64,000 nt of DNA, taken from Eledone cirrhosa. Taxonomy: Eukaryota. The DNA lies in assembly GCA_964016885.1 (NCBI GenBank), contig OZ024740.1:21948001-22012000 (forward strand), in the 5' to 3' direction. Within the stretch, counting starts at the first letter, position 1. The number at the start of each line of letters is the position of its first letter. The notes beneath the pieces were generated by a model. The model did not search any database, was not told where the DNA came from, and saw only the letters and a program-made list of their open reading frames with translations. Position numbers and translations under genes: made by a program. Shown piece after piece: positions 41,521-55,347 of the stretch.

Positions 41521-42130
41521 ATGGTGGCTGCCAACTCGTTTTCGAGTACGGCCACTACTTTATATCCATGTAGGAGAACCCCTACTGATGCGCTGAACGA
41601 GTGTGACTTTTTAGTCCAGCCAGCGACTTGAAAGCTCTGGTACAAACACTACACTTGTGACAATTATTGACACATAGTGCTGGGCCCATGGTACCATGTA
41701 ACGACAAATGCAGAGAGATCTCCAGATATAAAGCAATGCCTGTGCCGTGAAGCTTTTATAGTGAGCAAAGGCACTGCACAAAGCCAGTCCCACTCTCTTA
41801 ACCAAGATGATATTTACCAAAAAGAAGAACAAGTCAACATCATTGGATACCATCAGGGTTGCAGGTGTTATATCAGAGTTTTCCTTCTCCTAGAATTCTG
41901 CCTTGACAAAGGCTAAGGGGTCATCTCTCCCGGTGATTTTGGATGGCCATTGACTCTTAAGAGCTCCTTTGCCTTTTGACAGGTTTTGTTTTTAGTCCTG
42001 CAGGATGTCCAAAGTCACCCTCCTCACCAAGAAACCTTGGTGGGGTTGCCAGTTTAGTCGCCAACGACCCGACCATGGGACAGGTTGTACTGGAATACAT
42101 GTTACCAGTAGCACCAACTGGTGACCTGAC
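41521..42130 (-). mobile_element. 605-bp non-autonomous RTE-like element, copy 3
   Basis: Near-identical to copies 1 and 2, with the zinc-finger frame intact. Confidence 0.85.
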
Positions 42131-42712
42131 ATATATATACATACATATATATATACATACATATATATATACATACATACATATATACATACATACATAT
42201 ATATATATATACATATATATATATACATACATATATATATACATACATATATATATACATACATACATATATATATATATACATATATATATATACATAC
42301 ATATATATATACATACATATATATATACATACATATATATATATACATACATATATATATATATACACATATATATATATACACATATATATATATATAC
42401 ACATACATATATATACATATATATATATACATACATATATATATATATATACACATATATATATATACACATATATATATATACACATATATATATACAC
42501 ACATATATATATACACATAAATATATATACATACATATATATATATACACACACATATATATATACACACACATATATATATATACACATATATATATAT
42601 ATACACATATATATATATATACACATATATATATATATACACATATATATATATACATACATATATATATACACACACATATATATATATACACACATAT
42701 ATATATATACAC

Positions 42713-42747
<35 letters not shown>

Positions 42748-42779
42748 CACATATATATATACATATATATATATATACA

Positions 42780-43720
42780 TCTGGGCGATAAAATCAGCAG
42801 TGGGGGAGGGTGCTCTGAAAGTACTGTAGCTAGAGTCAGAACTGGTTGGAAAAAGTTCAGAGAGCTTATACCACTATTAGCTGCTAAAGGGTTCTCCCTA
42901 AAAATGAAAGGCAGGTTGTACGATGCCTGCATACGAACAGCAATGCTGCATGGCAGTGAGACCTGGGCATTGTGTGCAGAGGATATACGCAGACTAGAGA
43001 GGAACGAAGCTTGCATGCTCCGCTGGATGTGTAACAGTAATATACGTGAACGGCAAAGCATAAACGAACTAAGGAAAAAATTAGAGATAAGAGGGATCAG
43101 ATGTTGTTTACTCGAGAGAAGGCTACGTTGGTATGGACACGTGATGCGCATGAAAGTCGATAGCTGTATAACAAAGTGCAGGGCAATAAAGATAGACGGT
43201 AGTCACGGAATAGGCAGACCTAGAAAAACCTGGGACGAGCTGATAAACTCCGACATCACACACTTACACCTCTCCAAGACAATGTCACTGGACCGAGACC
43301 TTTGGCGGTACTCAGTAACAGAGAAGACCCGCCTTACCTAAATATATAGTAAAACCTACTCCAGCCAGTAGGCATCTCTAACAAAATACACCCCCCCCCC
43401 ATCCACACCACCCCGTTCTATGTAAAGTTATGTTGGTGCCGCGCCATCGAGGCCGAAACAAATGAGATCGTGTAGGTGTCACGACAAAAAAACACACAGT
43501 CCACGCTGTAATGTGGCCGTGTAGGCAACACGGTAAAAACCTCCCAGACCCACACTGTAAATGTGGTTGGTGTTAGGAAGGGCATCCAACTGTAGAAAAC
43601 CTGCCAGACAGTCCTATGCGAGCAAGACAATCACTCTTGCCTCAAGTGGGACTACACCCGTCCAAACCCATGCAAGCGTGGAACACGGACGTTAAACGTT
43701 GATGATGATGATGATGATGA
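42780..43720 (+). mobile_element. RTE family A 3' fragment
   Basis: [10 protein letters not shown]...[11 protein letters not shown] and (GAT)n. Confidence 0.93.
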
Positions 43721-43728
43721 TATACATA

Positions 43729-43764
<36 letters not shown>

Positions 43765-43785
43765 CACATATATATATATATACAC

Positions 43786-43816
<31 letters not shown>

Positions 43817-44004
43817 CATATATATATACATATATATATATATACATATATATATATACATATATTGTTATATTTGGGGAGGGTCATATTTGCGTAATAT
43901 TGCCAGAATTAATAACATATACATATATATATATATATATACATACATATATATATATACACATATATATATATACATATATATATATACATACATATAT
44001 ATAT

Positions 44005-44618
44005 ATGTTGTTTACTCGAGAGAAGACTACGTTGGTACGGTCACGTGATGCGCATGAAAGATGACAGCTGTATAAAAAAGTGCAGGGCGATAAAAATAGA
44101 CGGTAGCCACGGAGTAGGCAGACCCAGAAAAACCTGGCACGACTTGATAAATTCTGACCTCACACACTTACACCTCTCCAAGACAATGTCACTGGACTTT
44201 GGCGCTACACAGTAATAGAGAAGACCCGCCTTGCCTAAGTACAAAGCGAAACCTACAGTCAGTAGGCACCTCTAACAAAATGCACCCCCGTCCCACTACC
44301 CCCACCCCATCCACACCACCCCCTTAAATGTGAAGTTATGTTGGTACCACAACATCCAGTCCGAAACCAATGAGGTCGTGTAGGTGTCACAACAAAAAAA
44401 CACACAGTCCACGGTGTAATGTGGCCGTGTAGGTAACACGGTAAAAACCTCCCAGTCCACACTGTAAACGTGGTTGGTGTTGGGAAGGGCACCCAGCCGT
44501 AGAAAACCCACCAGACAGTCCTATACGAGCAAGACAACCAATCTTGCCTTAAGTGGGAAAACTCCCGTCCAAACCCATGCAAGCGTGGAAGATGGACGTT
44601 AAACGATGATGATGATGA
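44005..44618 (+). mobile_element. RTE family A 3' fragment
   Basis: Homologous to 1685-2273 and 38620-39248. Confidence 0.9.
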
Positions 44619-44938
44619 TATATATATATATGCAGTGGACCTTTGATGAAGTCCACAGCATATATCCAATGGACTGCTCCATAGTTCCATCCATCCAATT
44701 TCATTCACAATACTTGGGTCAAATCATGGTACTTGTCCAACATCAAACCCAAGATCTCATGGCTGTAAAGAAAACTTGTTGACCATGTAGCTGGCCATAT
44801 CTGTCTTCTATATTTACACATTCATTCAGTGACACCAGAGAGCAGTATATATGTGTGTATAAATGTATATACTCCTATGTTGACTATATGGCTGGCTATA
44901 TCTGTGTTTTATATTTACACACACACACTGTGATGTGG

Positions 44939-44979
44939 TTGGGTTAGGGTTAGGGTTGGGGTTAGGGTTAGGGTTAGGG
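44939..44979 (+). repeat. Short interstitial (TTAGGG)n tract inside an RTE/SINE tail
   Basis: Five TTAGGG plus one TTGGGG. Confidence 0.85.
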
Positions 44980-45699
44980 TTGGTGTTAGGAAGGGCATCC
45001 AGCTGTAAAATCCCCAGCCAAATTTACAGTCCCATTGGAGCATGGTACGGTTTGGCCAAGCCTGGCCAGACTTGTCTCCTGACGGGGACGACCCGTCTAA
45101 CCCATGCACGCATGCAAAAATGGGACGTTAAACCACGATGATGATGATGATGATGATTCAGTGTCTACCAGAGACCAGTATATATGTCATCATCATCACC
45201 GTTTTACGTCCATTCTTCCACACTAGCATGGGTTAGACGGGTTACCCTGTTGTGGGCAGTGTCCAGTCGGCTGACCTTGTCTTGCTCATACGGGAACTGA
45301 TTCTGGCTTGATTTCTACAGCTGGGTGACCTTCCTTACACCACCCTCATTTACAGTGAGTGCTGGGAGCTTTTCTTCCGTGGCGCCTACACCTCCACTTT
45401 ACAGTGTGGGCTGGGTGCTTTTTTGTTTGTATGTATATATATGTGCCTGTCTATGTTGACCATGTAGCTGGCTGTATCTGTCTTCTATATTTACACATTT
45501 ATTCAGTGACCACCAGACACCAGCATATATATACATATATATACATATATACATATATATACATATATATACTCCTGTCTGTGTTGATATGAAGCAGGAA
45601 GTGGTAACTTCACTCCAAGTAGTCACTTAATGAGCTCCACTTAGCCAAGAGGACATCTTCCCCCACTATACAAGAACAGCTAAACTCAACTTACAAACA

Positions 45700-47690
45700 C
45701 ACATCATCATCATCATTATCGATATCATCACCATCACTACTATCATCATCATCATCATTACCCCCATCACCTCCATTAATATCACCACCATCATCATTAT
45801 CACCATCAGCTCCAACAATATCCCCACCATCATCATCAACATCAATATCATCATCATCATCACCAATATCACCATCATTATCAACATCATCATCATCACT
45901 ATCATCATTACCAACATCACTATCACTTCTATCAACACCATCATTACTCCAACCTCCACCACCACCACCATCATGATCACCACCACCACCATCATCACTA
46001 CCACCACCATTATTATCATCACTACCACCACCATCATGATCACCATCACCACCATCACCACCATCATCACTATCACCACCATCATGATCACCATCACCAC
46101 CACCACCACCACCACCACCATCATGATCACCATCACCACCACCACCACCATCATCACTATCACCACCATCATGATCACCATCATCACTACCACCACCATC
46201 ATCACTACCACCACCATCATGATCACCATCACCACCACCACCACCATCATCACTACCACCACCATCATGATCACCATCACCACCACCACCACCATCATCA
46301 CTACCACCACCATCATGATCACCATCATCACCACCACCACCATCATGATCACCATCACTACCACCACCATCATCACCACCACCATCATCACTACCACCAC
46401 CATCATGATCACCATCACCATCACCACCACCACCATCACCACCACCATCATCACTACCACCACCATCATCACTACCACCACCATCATCACTATCACCACC
46501 ATCATGATCACCACCACCATCATCACCATCACCACCACCACCACCATCATCACTACCACCACCATCATCATCACCATCACCACCACCACCATCATCACTA
46601 TCACCACCATCATCATCACCATCACCACCACCACCACCATCATCACTATCACCACCATCATGATCACCATCACCACCACCACCATCATCACTATCACCAC
46701 CATCATGATCACCACCACCACCATCATCACCATCACCATCACCACCACCACCACCACCATCACTACCACCACCACCATCACTACCACCACCATCATGATC
46801 ACCATCACCACCACCACCATGATCACCATCACCACCACCACCATCATCACTACCACCACCATCATCACTACCACCACCACCATCACTACCACCACCATCA
46901 TGATCACCATCACCATCACCACCACCACCATCACCACCACCACCACCACCACCACCATCACTACCACCACCATCATCACTACCACCACCATCATCATCAC
47001 CATCACCACCACCACCATCATCACTATCACCACCATCATCATCACCATCACCACCATCACCATCACCACCACCACCACCACCACCACCATCACTACCACC
47101 ACCATCATGATCACCATCACCACCACCACCATCATGATCACCATCACCACCATCATCACCACCACCACCATCACCACCACCACCACCACCACCACCACCA
47201 CCACTACCATCATCACTACCACCACCATCATGATCACCATCACCACCACCACCATCATCACTATCACCACCATCATGACCACCATCACCACCACCATCAT
47301 GATCACCATCACCACCATCATCACTATCATTATCATCCCCCTCACCACCACATCCACCAACTATCAATATGCCTACTATTACCACCCACCACCACCACCA
47401 CCCTCCAACATCATCATCATCATTATCATCATCAATACAATTATAGACCAAATTACCATGTTACTATCAATATGAAAGACCACCGCCACCACCATCCCCA
47501 CCACCGCCACCACTACCACCATCCCCACCACTACCACCATCCCCACCACCGCCACCTCTACCATCATCCCCACCACCACTACCACCATCCCCACCACCGC
47601 CACCACCATCCCCACCACCCCCACCACTACCATCATCCCCACCACCACTACCACCATCCCCACCACCGCCACCACCATCATCATCCTCAC
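45700..47690. repeat. (CAT/CAC)n compound trinucleotide array
   Basis: Direct inspection. Confidence 0.95.
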
Positions 47691-47692
47691 AA

Positions 47693-47884
47693 GGGCGGTG
47701 AATTGGCAGTATCGGTAGAGGGTCGGACATGCTTTCCAGCATAGAGTTACGTCCCTTTACGATCTGAGTTCAAATCCCACCGAGGTTAACTTTGCCTTTC
47801 ATCCTTACGAGGTCGATAAAATAAAGTACCAGTAATGTACTGAGGTAATTGCTGGCCTTGTGCCTAAAGTAGAAACAATTATCA
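47693..47884 (+). mobile_element. Meta/MESC-like tRNA SINE, full length
   Basis: GGCGGTGAATTGGCAGTATCGGTAG, B box GAGTTCAAATC, GCCTTTCATCCTTACGAGGTCGATAAAATAAAGTACCAG. Confidence 0.85.
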
Positions 47885-48273
47885 TCATCCTCACCACTAA
47901 CATTATCTTCATGACAACCATCACAACCACCACCACCTCATCATCACCATCACTGCTATCATCTTCCACACACCACCACTGCTACCACCCCCTCCACCAT
48001 CATTAAGATCAACACCATTATCCCCACCACCACTGCTACCACCCCCTCCACCATCATCATCATTAAGATCAACATCATTAACCCCACCACCACTGCTACC
48101 ACCCCCTCCACCATCATCATCATTAAGATCAACATCATTATCACCACCACCATTGCTATCATCCCCACCACCACCACCACCATTCCACTATCATACAGAT
48201 CATCATCATCAATACAATTAAATATGAAGGCTCAGAGAGGCTGGTATGTATATAACATACAGGTGTATATATA

Positions 48274-49518
48274 CAGGTGTGGACGATATTTGTTTGCAAT
48301 TTTCAACTGCTAATTTTATGCAAATTTTTATTACTTCAGTTCTCACTCTTGTCTTCATAAAAACAGTGACTATATTTCCATTATTTATTTTCAGAATAAT
48401 TGATTATGAATAATTTTGAACATTCCAAATTTGTGGAAGAGACACAGAGTTCTTCTTGGAATCCGCGCCGGGAGGAGAAATAAGGAAATTTCAGACTTTC
48501 TCTGCGTCAGCAGGAGAATGGTGGAAAAGGTCAGAAAGGAATTGGAAGATTCAGGATTCGACTACGAAGCAACGCCAGAAAGGAAAACACATGATCGATG
48601 ATATGATGCCTTCAGAACGCCCGAGTTCGTCGCTGAAGTTCAGGATATCATCAACAATGAACCTAGCAAGTCGATGCGTGCCATTGCAAGGCGTGGATGA
48701 AAAGCTCATTAGGCTGGTGGTACATGAAGACATTCGCTACGTTTCATACAAGATGAGGAAAGGACCAATTTCTGTCAAAGGCGATGCAAGAAAAGCGACT
48801 GAAGCACGCAAAGAAGCTGATCAACAAGTTGAAACACCCACTGGAGCCAGACATGCTGTTGTTTTTCTCTGGTAAAAAATTCTGCCAAGACCAGAAAATC
48901 AACTCCCAGAACAACAGGTGGCTCGTGGCTCATCCAAAGACGTACCCAGAGTCATGCAGACAAAGTTTCCAGTGACAACATTGGTCTTAGGTGTCGTCAG
49001 CAGTCAAGGTGACATCATGCCACCTCACTTCTTCCCTGAGGGCCTCAAGCTGAACACCAATGGCTACATCTGCGTTCTGAGCGAGGTAATAAAGTCCTGG
49101 ATCGACCAGGTAGCTGCAGGTAGGCTATACATGTGGCAGCAAGACTCAGCGCCCTGCCATACCAGCCGAAAGACCCAAGCCTGGCTGTCAGAGAACTTTG
49201 TCAATCACACTTCACCTGACATCTGGCCTCCCAGCTCGCATGACTGCAACGCCCTCGACTTCTTTGTGTGGGGCGCAGTGGAACGAGACAACAGATCTAG
49301 CTGCAATACGAAAGACGATCTGAAGGCCAGAATCACGAGTGCCTTTAGGGGGCCTAAGTCGGGGGACAGTGACGAAGGCCTGTAGCCGCCTTGCGGCCGT
49401 CATCAAAGCCAATGGCGGGTTTATCGAGTGAGATCGAAACTGACCCAAGTTTGATAAATATATCTTAAAAAATAAAACTACTAGACAGTAATCTTGCGAA
49501 CAAATATCGTCCGCACCC

Positions 49519-49519
<1 letters not shown>
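48274..49519 (+). mobile_element. Tc1/mariner superfamily DD37D (maT) transposon, full length, frameshifted transposase
   Basis: TIRs CAGGTGTGGACGATATTTGTTTGCAA and TTGCGAACAAATATCGTCCGCACCCT with TA flanks. WQQD-x37-D(FFVWG), WPPSSHDCNALD and NSQNNRW motifs. Confidence 0.92.
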
Positions 49520-49552
<33 letters not shown>

Positions 49553-49557
49553 AACAG

Positions 49558-49720
49558 TTCCACACTGTAAATGTGGTTGGTGTTAGGAAGGGCATCCAGC
49601 CGTAGAAAACCCGCCAGACAGTCCTATGCGAGCAAGACAACCACTCTTGCCTCAAGTGGGAAAACCCCCGTCCAAACCCATGCAAGCGTGGCATATGGAC
49701 GTTAAACGATGATGATGATG
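49558..49720 (+). mobile_element. RTE family A tail fragment
   Basis: Matches 39082-39248. Confidence 0.88.
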
Positions 49721-49744
49721 AGTACATATATATATATATATATA

Positions 49745-49860
49745 TTGTATATAAGATACAGGTGTATATATATATATATGTACTGTATATAAGATACAGT
49801 ACTATATATATATATACATACATATATGCCCAGAGAGGCTGGTATGTATATAAGATACAG

Positions 49861-49892
<32 letters not shown>

Positions 49893-49927
49893 GCCCAGAG
49901 AGGCTGGTATGTATATAAGATACAGGT

Positions 49928-49993
<66 letters not shown>

Positions 49994-50095
49994 TGCCCAG
50001 AGAGGCTGGTATGTATATAAGATACAGGTGTGTGTATATATATATATATATATATATGCCCAGAGAGGCTGGTATGTATATAAGATACAAGTGTG

Positions 50096-50126
<31 letters not shown>

Positions 50127-50219
50127 GCCCAGAGAGGCTGGTATGTATATAAGATACAGGTTGTGTGTGTATATATATATATATGCCCAGAGAGGCTGGT
50201 ATGTATATAAGATACAGGT

Positions 50220-50269
<50 letters not shown>

Positions 50270-50301
50270 CAGAGAGGCTGGTATGTATATAAGATACAGG
50301 T

Positions 50302-50334
<33 letters not shown>

Positions 50335-50380
50335 GCCCAGAGAGGCTGGTATGTATATAAGATACAGGTTGTGTATATAT
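49745..50380. repeat. Minisatellite: constant TGCCCAGAGAGGCTGGTATGTATATAAGATACAGGT core plus variable (TA)n, 8 full units
   Basis: Cores at about 49826, 49892, 49994, 50057, 50126, 50183, 50266 and 50334. Confidence 0.92.
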
Positions 50381-51079
50381 AGTGTAGTATAGTGTAGTTG
50401 TGTGGGGAGATAAATCAATAAACCCTGTAGAACCATTCAGATGGTAACAATAGCTGCATTGAATGTGCAGGGATGCAGAAGATAAGGTGCACCAGATGCA
50501 CCACAGTAGCTATAATAATGGTCTGCTGACTCTTGTCTCTATAGAGGAGGGATGCTATGTTACCTAGGAGAAATAATTAGTAGTGGATGGGAGGGTGGTG
50601 GTGGTGGCAGCAGTGTTTCTGGTTGTTGCTTGGTGGTTGTGGGAATGGTGGTGGTGGCAGTGTTGTTGGTTGTGAGGATGTTTCTTGTTGTTGTGATGCT
50701 TGTGGGAATGGTGATTGTACCAACAGTAATGGTGGTGGTAACAACAGCTGTAGTTATGGTGGTGGTGAAATGAGAGGGTACAAATGGTAAGGGTCTGAAA
50801 CAGAAGACAGTGGAAAGAGGTTGGATAATAATTACCTCCCTTGACAACATATGTTCTTTCAAGCCAACATAGTCTACAATTCTATAAGAAATAGCAGTCA
50901 AATCCCTTTAGAAATCACACATATGCTGTCTAACAAGGAAGGACATTCAGACATGTCTGAATAAAATACAGATTAATCCCACCTGGAACAACTTTCAGGG
51001 CTGACCTATGGCTAAACAACAACAATAAATGTCCATTTTATTTTTATGCGTGACCTTATAGAAAAGTGATTTTAAATGT

Positions 51080-51770
51080 GAGGAGCAGAAGGTGATCTCC
51101 GACTTGCACTTGATAGGTTTGAGGCCAAGTGTTGCATGGCTGGAATGAAAATCAGTGCTGCATAAACTGAGACACTCGTCCTCTCAAGGAAGCCTGTGAT
51201 GTGCACACTACATGTGAGTGGAGTTCCACTGAAGCAGGTAGAGAAGTTCAAGTATCTTGGGGTCGCGTTCACTAGTGATGGAAGGCAGGAGGCTAAATTA
51301 AGTGCAAGAATTGCAGGTGCTGGTGCAGTAATGCGCCAGCTTCAGCATTTAGTAATCAGAAGAAGGGAGGTAGGTATAAAAGCCAAACTCACTATCTTCA
51401 ATTCAGTATTTGTGCTAACCCTTACCTATGGTCGTGAATATTGTGTAATGACCGAAAAAATAGGATTGTGAATACAAGCATCCAAAACAGAATTTCTTCG
51501 AAGGGTCTTTGGAGTAATGTTACTCGATAGAGTGCATAGCTCAGAGATCAGAGTCACTCTCCAGGTAGAGCCACTTCTTCTCTGAATTGAGAGATCACAG
51601 CTCCAATACTATGGATTGTGGTTAGAATGTCTCAGGAAAAAAAAAATTGCTAGACAGATTTTACGGGCAAAAACAACTGGCAGGAGACTCAGGGGTAGGC
51701 TCAGAGCAAGATGGTTGGATATCGTCCATGAGCCTGGTTGGTGTGGCTTGCGGATTCATCCGAATCAAAT
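51080..51770 (+). mobile_element. Old RTE-clade (Expander/REX3-like) LINE fragment
   Basis: LKQVEKFKYLGVAFTSDGR...KAKLTIFNSVFVLTLTYG...FLRRV..LLDRVHSSEIR..LQVEPLLL, with stops. Confidence 0.8.
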
Positions 51771-51929
51771 TTACATGTGATCTGGTCCCTGACAATCTAG
51801 TTGGAGTAGAACTGTGGCAGTGACCAGGTCATAGTGTCATGGAAGTTTTGGCTTCAAGAAATAAATGATAATGTTAACAGTTTTTGTGTTTTAAATGGTT
51901 AAAATGATTCTTCTATGGTGTAATTGTAA

Positions 51930-52268
51930 TGAGGGTCAGCTAAAAAGTTCAAAGTCTGACCAAGATACTCTCATGGAATAACCAAATGAGGTTTAGTTTT
52001 TATTGTTTCTAGAAAGAAGCAATATAGATATTAATAAGAAGAGCTGAAATTAATGCATGTAAGATTTCACAGTTCTAGCATCACTCCTTCATAGGCTGAC
52101 CAAGATACTCTCATGGAATGACAAAATGGCATATATTTTTTTTATATAATCTCTAGTAAAAAGTAATGCAGTTATTAATAAGAACAGTTAAGATCAATGC
52201 ATGCAAGATTTCACAGCACTAGCATCACTCCTTCATAGTTAACCTGTGAATTTTCCAGCTGACCCTTA
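51930..52268 (+). mobile_element. Mariner-like MITE with an internal ~140-bp tandem duplication
   Basis: TIRs TGAGGGTCAGCTAAAAAGTTCA and TGAATTTTCCAGCTGACCCTTA. A single-unit inverted relative lies at 58677-58868. Confidence 0.7.
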
Positions 52269-52334
52269 TACACATGTATTTGTGTGTATGATCATCATCA
52301 TCATCATTTAATGGATGTTTTCCCAGCTAACAAG

Positions 52335-53133
52335 TTGATACCAAACCATACATATGTTGATACCAAACCATATATATGTTGATACCATGTTGATACCAAA
52401 CCATATATATATGTTGATACCATCATCATCATCATCATCACCATTTTACCATGTTGATACCAAACCATATATATATATGTTGATACCATCATCATCATCA
52501 TCACCACCATTTTACCATGTTGATACCAAACCATATATATATATGTTGATACCATCATCATCATCATCACCACCATTTTACCATGTTGATACCAAACCAT
52601 ATATATATATGTTGATACCATCATCATCATCATCATCACCATTTTACCATGTTGATACCAAACCATATATATATGTTGATACCATCATCATCATCATCAC
52701 CACCATTTTACCATGTTGATACCAAACCATATATATATGTTGATACCATCATCATCATCATCATCACCATTTTACCATGTTGATACCAAACCATATATAT
52801 ATATGTTGATACCATCATCATCATCATCATCATCACCATTTTACCATGTTGATACCAAACCATATATATATATGTTGATACCATCATCATCATCATCATC
52901 ATCACCATTTTACCATGTTGATACCAAACCATATATATATGTTGATACCATCATCATCATCATCATCACCATTTTACCATGTTGATACCAAACCATATAT
53001 ATATGTTGATACCATCATCATCATCATCATCACCATTTTACCATGTTGATACCAAACCATATATATATGTTGATACCATCATCATCATCATCATCACCAT
53101 TTTACCATGTTGATACCAAACCATATATATATA
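52335..53133. repeat. ~60-65 bp minisatellite, ~12 copies
   Basis: Unit CCATATATATATGTTGATAC(CAT)nCACCATTTTACCATGTTGATACCAAA. Confidence 0.93.
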
Positions 53134-53209
53134 TTAGTAGCTCTGTTTCTGTGTGATATAACGGTCAACTGTGTTGTAATAATAATAATAATGTGTGTGG
53201 GTAACTGGG

Positions 53210-55347
53210 TCAGCTAGGGAGGTTCTTGGTAGTGGTGGTTGTGGTAGTAATGGTGGTGGTTGTGGTGGGGGTGGTAGTAATGGTGGTGGTTGTGGTGATG
53301 ATGATGGTAGTAGTAGTAATGGTAGAGTTAATTATGGTAGTGGTAGTAATGGTGATGGCATTAGTGGTGATGATGGGGTGGTGATGGTGGGGTGCTGGTG
53401 GTGATGGTAGTGATGGTAGTAGTGGTAGTGATGCTAGTGGTGGTTATAGTAGTAATGGTAGCAGAGGTGATAGTGGTAGTGGTGGTGATGGTAGTGATGG
53501 TAGTGGTGATGGTAGTAGTGTTGATAATAGTGGTAGTGATAGTAGTGGTAGTGATGGTAGTAGTATTGATAGTAGTAGTAGTGATAGTTGTGGTAGTAAT
53601 GGTAGTGGTAGTGGTGGTAGTAGTAGTGGTGGTAGTGGTAGTGGTGGTAGTGATGGTAGTGGTAGTGATGGTAGTGGTAGTGATAGTAGTGGTAGTGATG
53701 GTAGTGGTAGTGATAGTAGTGGTAGTAGTGGTGATGGTAGTGGTAGTGATGGTAGTGGTAGTGATGGTAGTGGTAGTGATAGTAGTGGTAGTGATAGTAG
53801 TGGTAGTGATGGTAGTAGTGGTAGTGATGGTAGTGGTAGTGATAGTAGTGGTAGTGATGGTAGTGGTAGTGATGGTAGTAGTGGTAGTGGTGATGGTAGT
53901 GGTAGTGATAGTAGTGGTAGTGATGGTAGTGGTAGTAGTGGTGATGGTAGTGGTAGTGATGGTAGTGGTAGTGATAGTAGTGGTAGTGATGGTAGTGGTA
54001 GTGATAGTAGTGGTAGTGATGGTAGTGGTAGTGATAGTAGTGGTAGTGATGGTAGTGGTAGTGATGGTAGTGGTAGTGATAGTAGTGGTAGTGATAGTAG
54101 TGGTAGTAGTGGTAGTGATGGTAGTGGTAGTGATAGTAGTGGTAGTAGTGGTAGTGATGGTAGTGGTAGTGATGGTAGTGGTAGTGATAGTAGTGGTAGT
54201 GATAGTAGTGGTAGTGATAGTAGTGGTAGTGATAGTAGTGGTAGTGATAGTAGTGGTAGTGATAGTAGTGGTAGTGATGGTAGTAGTGGTAGTGATGGTA
54301 GTGGTAGTGATGGTAGTAGTGGTAGTGATGGTAGTGGTAGTGATAGTAGTGGTAGTGATAGTAGTGGTAGTGATAGTAGTGGTAGTAGTGGTAGTGATGG
54401 TAGTGGTAGTGGTAGTGATGGTAGTAGTGGTAGTGATGGTAGTGGTAGTGATAGTAGTGGTAGTAGTGGTAGTGATGGTAGTGGTAGTGATAGTAGTGGT
54501 AGTAGTGGTAGTGATAGTAGTGGTAGTGATGGTAGTAGTGGTAGTGATGGTAGTGGTAGTGATAGTAGTGGTAGTAATGGTAGTGGTAGTGATAGTAGTG
54601 GTAGTAGTGGTAGTGATAGTAGTGGTAGTGATGGTAGTAGTGGTAGTGATGGTAGTAGTGGTAGTGATGGTAGTGGTAGTGATAGTAGTGGTAGTGATGG
54701 TAGTAGTGGTAGTGATGGTAGTGGTAGTGGTAGTAGTGGTAGTGATAGTAGTGGTAGTGATGGTAGTAGTGGTAGTGATGGTAGTGGTAGTGGTAGTAGT
54801 GGTAGTGATGGTAGTAGTGGTAGTGATGGTAGTGGTAGTAATGGTAGTGGTAGTGATGGTAGTGGTAGTAGTGGTGATGGTAGTGGTAGTGATAGTAGTG
54901 GTAGTGATAGTAGTGGTAGTAGTGGTAGTGATAGTAGTGGTAGTGATGGTAGTGGTAGTGATGGTAGTGGTAGTGATGGTAGTGGTAGTAGTGGTGATGG
55001 TAATGATAGTGATGGTAGTGGTAATGGTAGTAGTGGTAGTGATAGTAGTGGTAGTAGTGGTAGTGATGGTAGTGGTAGTGATGGTAGTGGTAGTGATGGT
55101 AGTGGTAGTGATGGTAGTGGTAGTGATAGTAGTGGTAGTGATGGTAGTGGTAGTGATAGTAGTGGTAGTGATAGTAGTGGTAGTGGTGGTGATGGTAGTG
55201 GTAGTGATGGTAGTGGTAGTAGTGGTGATGGTAGTGGTAGTGATAGTAGTGGTAGTGATGGTAGTGGTAGTAGTGGTGATGGTAATGATAGTGATGGTAG
55301 AGGTAATGGTAGTAGTGGTAATGGTAGTTGTAGTAGTGGTGGTGGTA
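53210..55347. repeat. (GGT/AGT/GAT)n array with a 15-bp period
   Basis: GTGATRGTAGTGGTA units. Confidence 0.95.

Noticed and set aside
45666-47475. Gly/Asp-rich 586-aa ORF and poly-Thr/Val ORFs
   Set aside because: Trinucleotide array open in three frames, with no non-repetitive coding context.
49745-50380. CRISPR-like look (constant ~36-bp repeat with variable spacers)
   Set aside because: Spacers are only (TA)n of varying length, the context is eukaryotic, and there are no cas genes.
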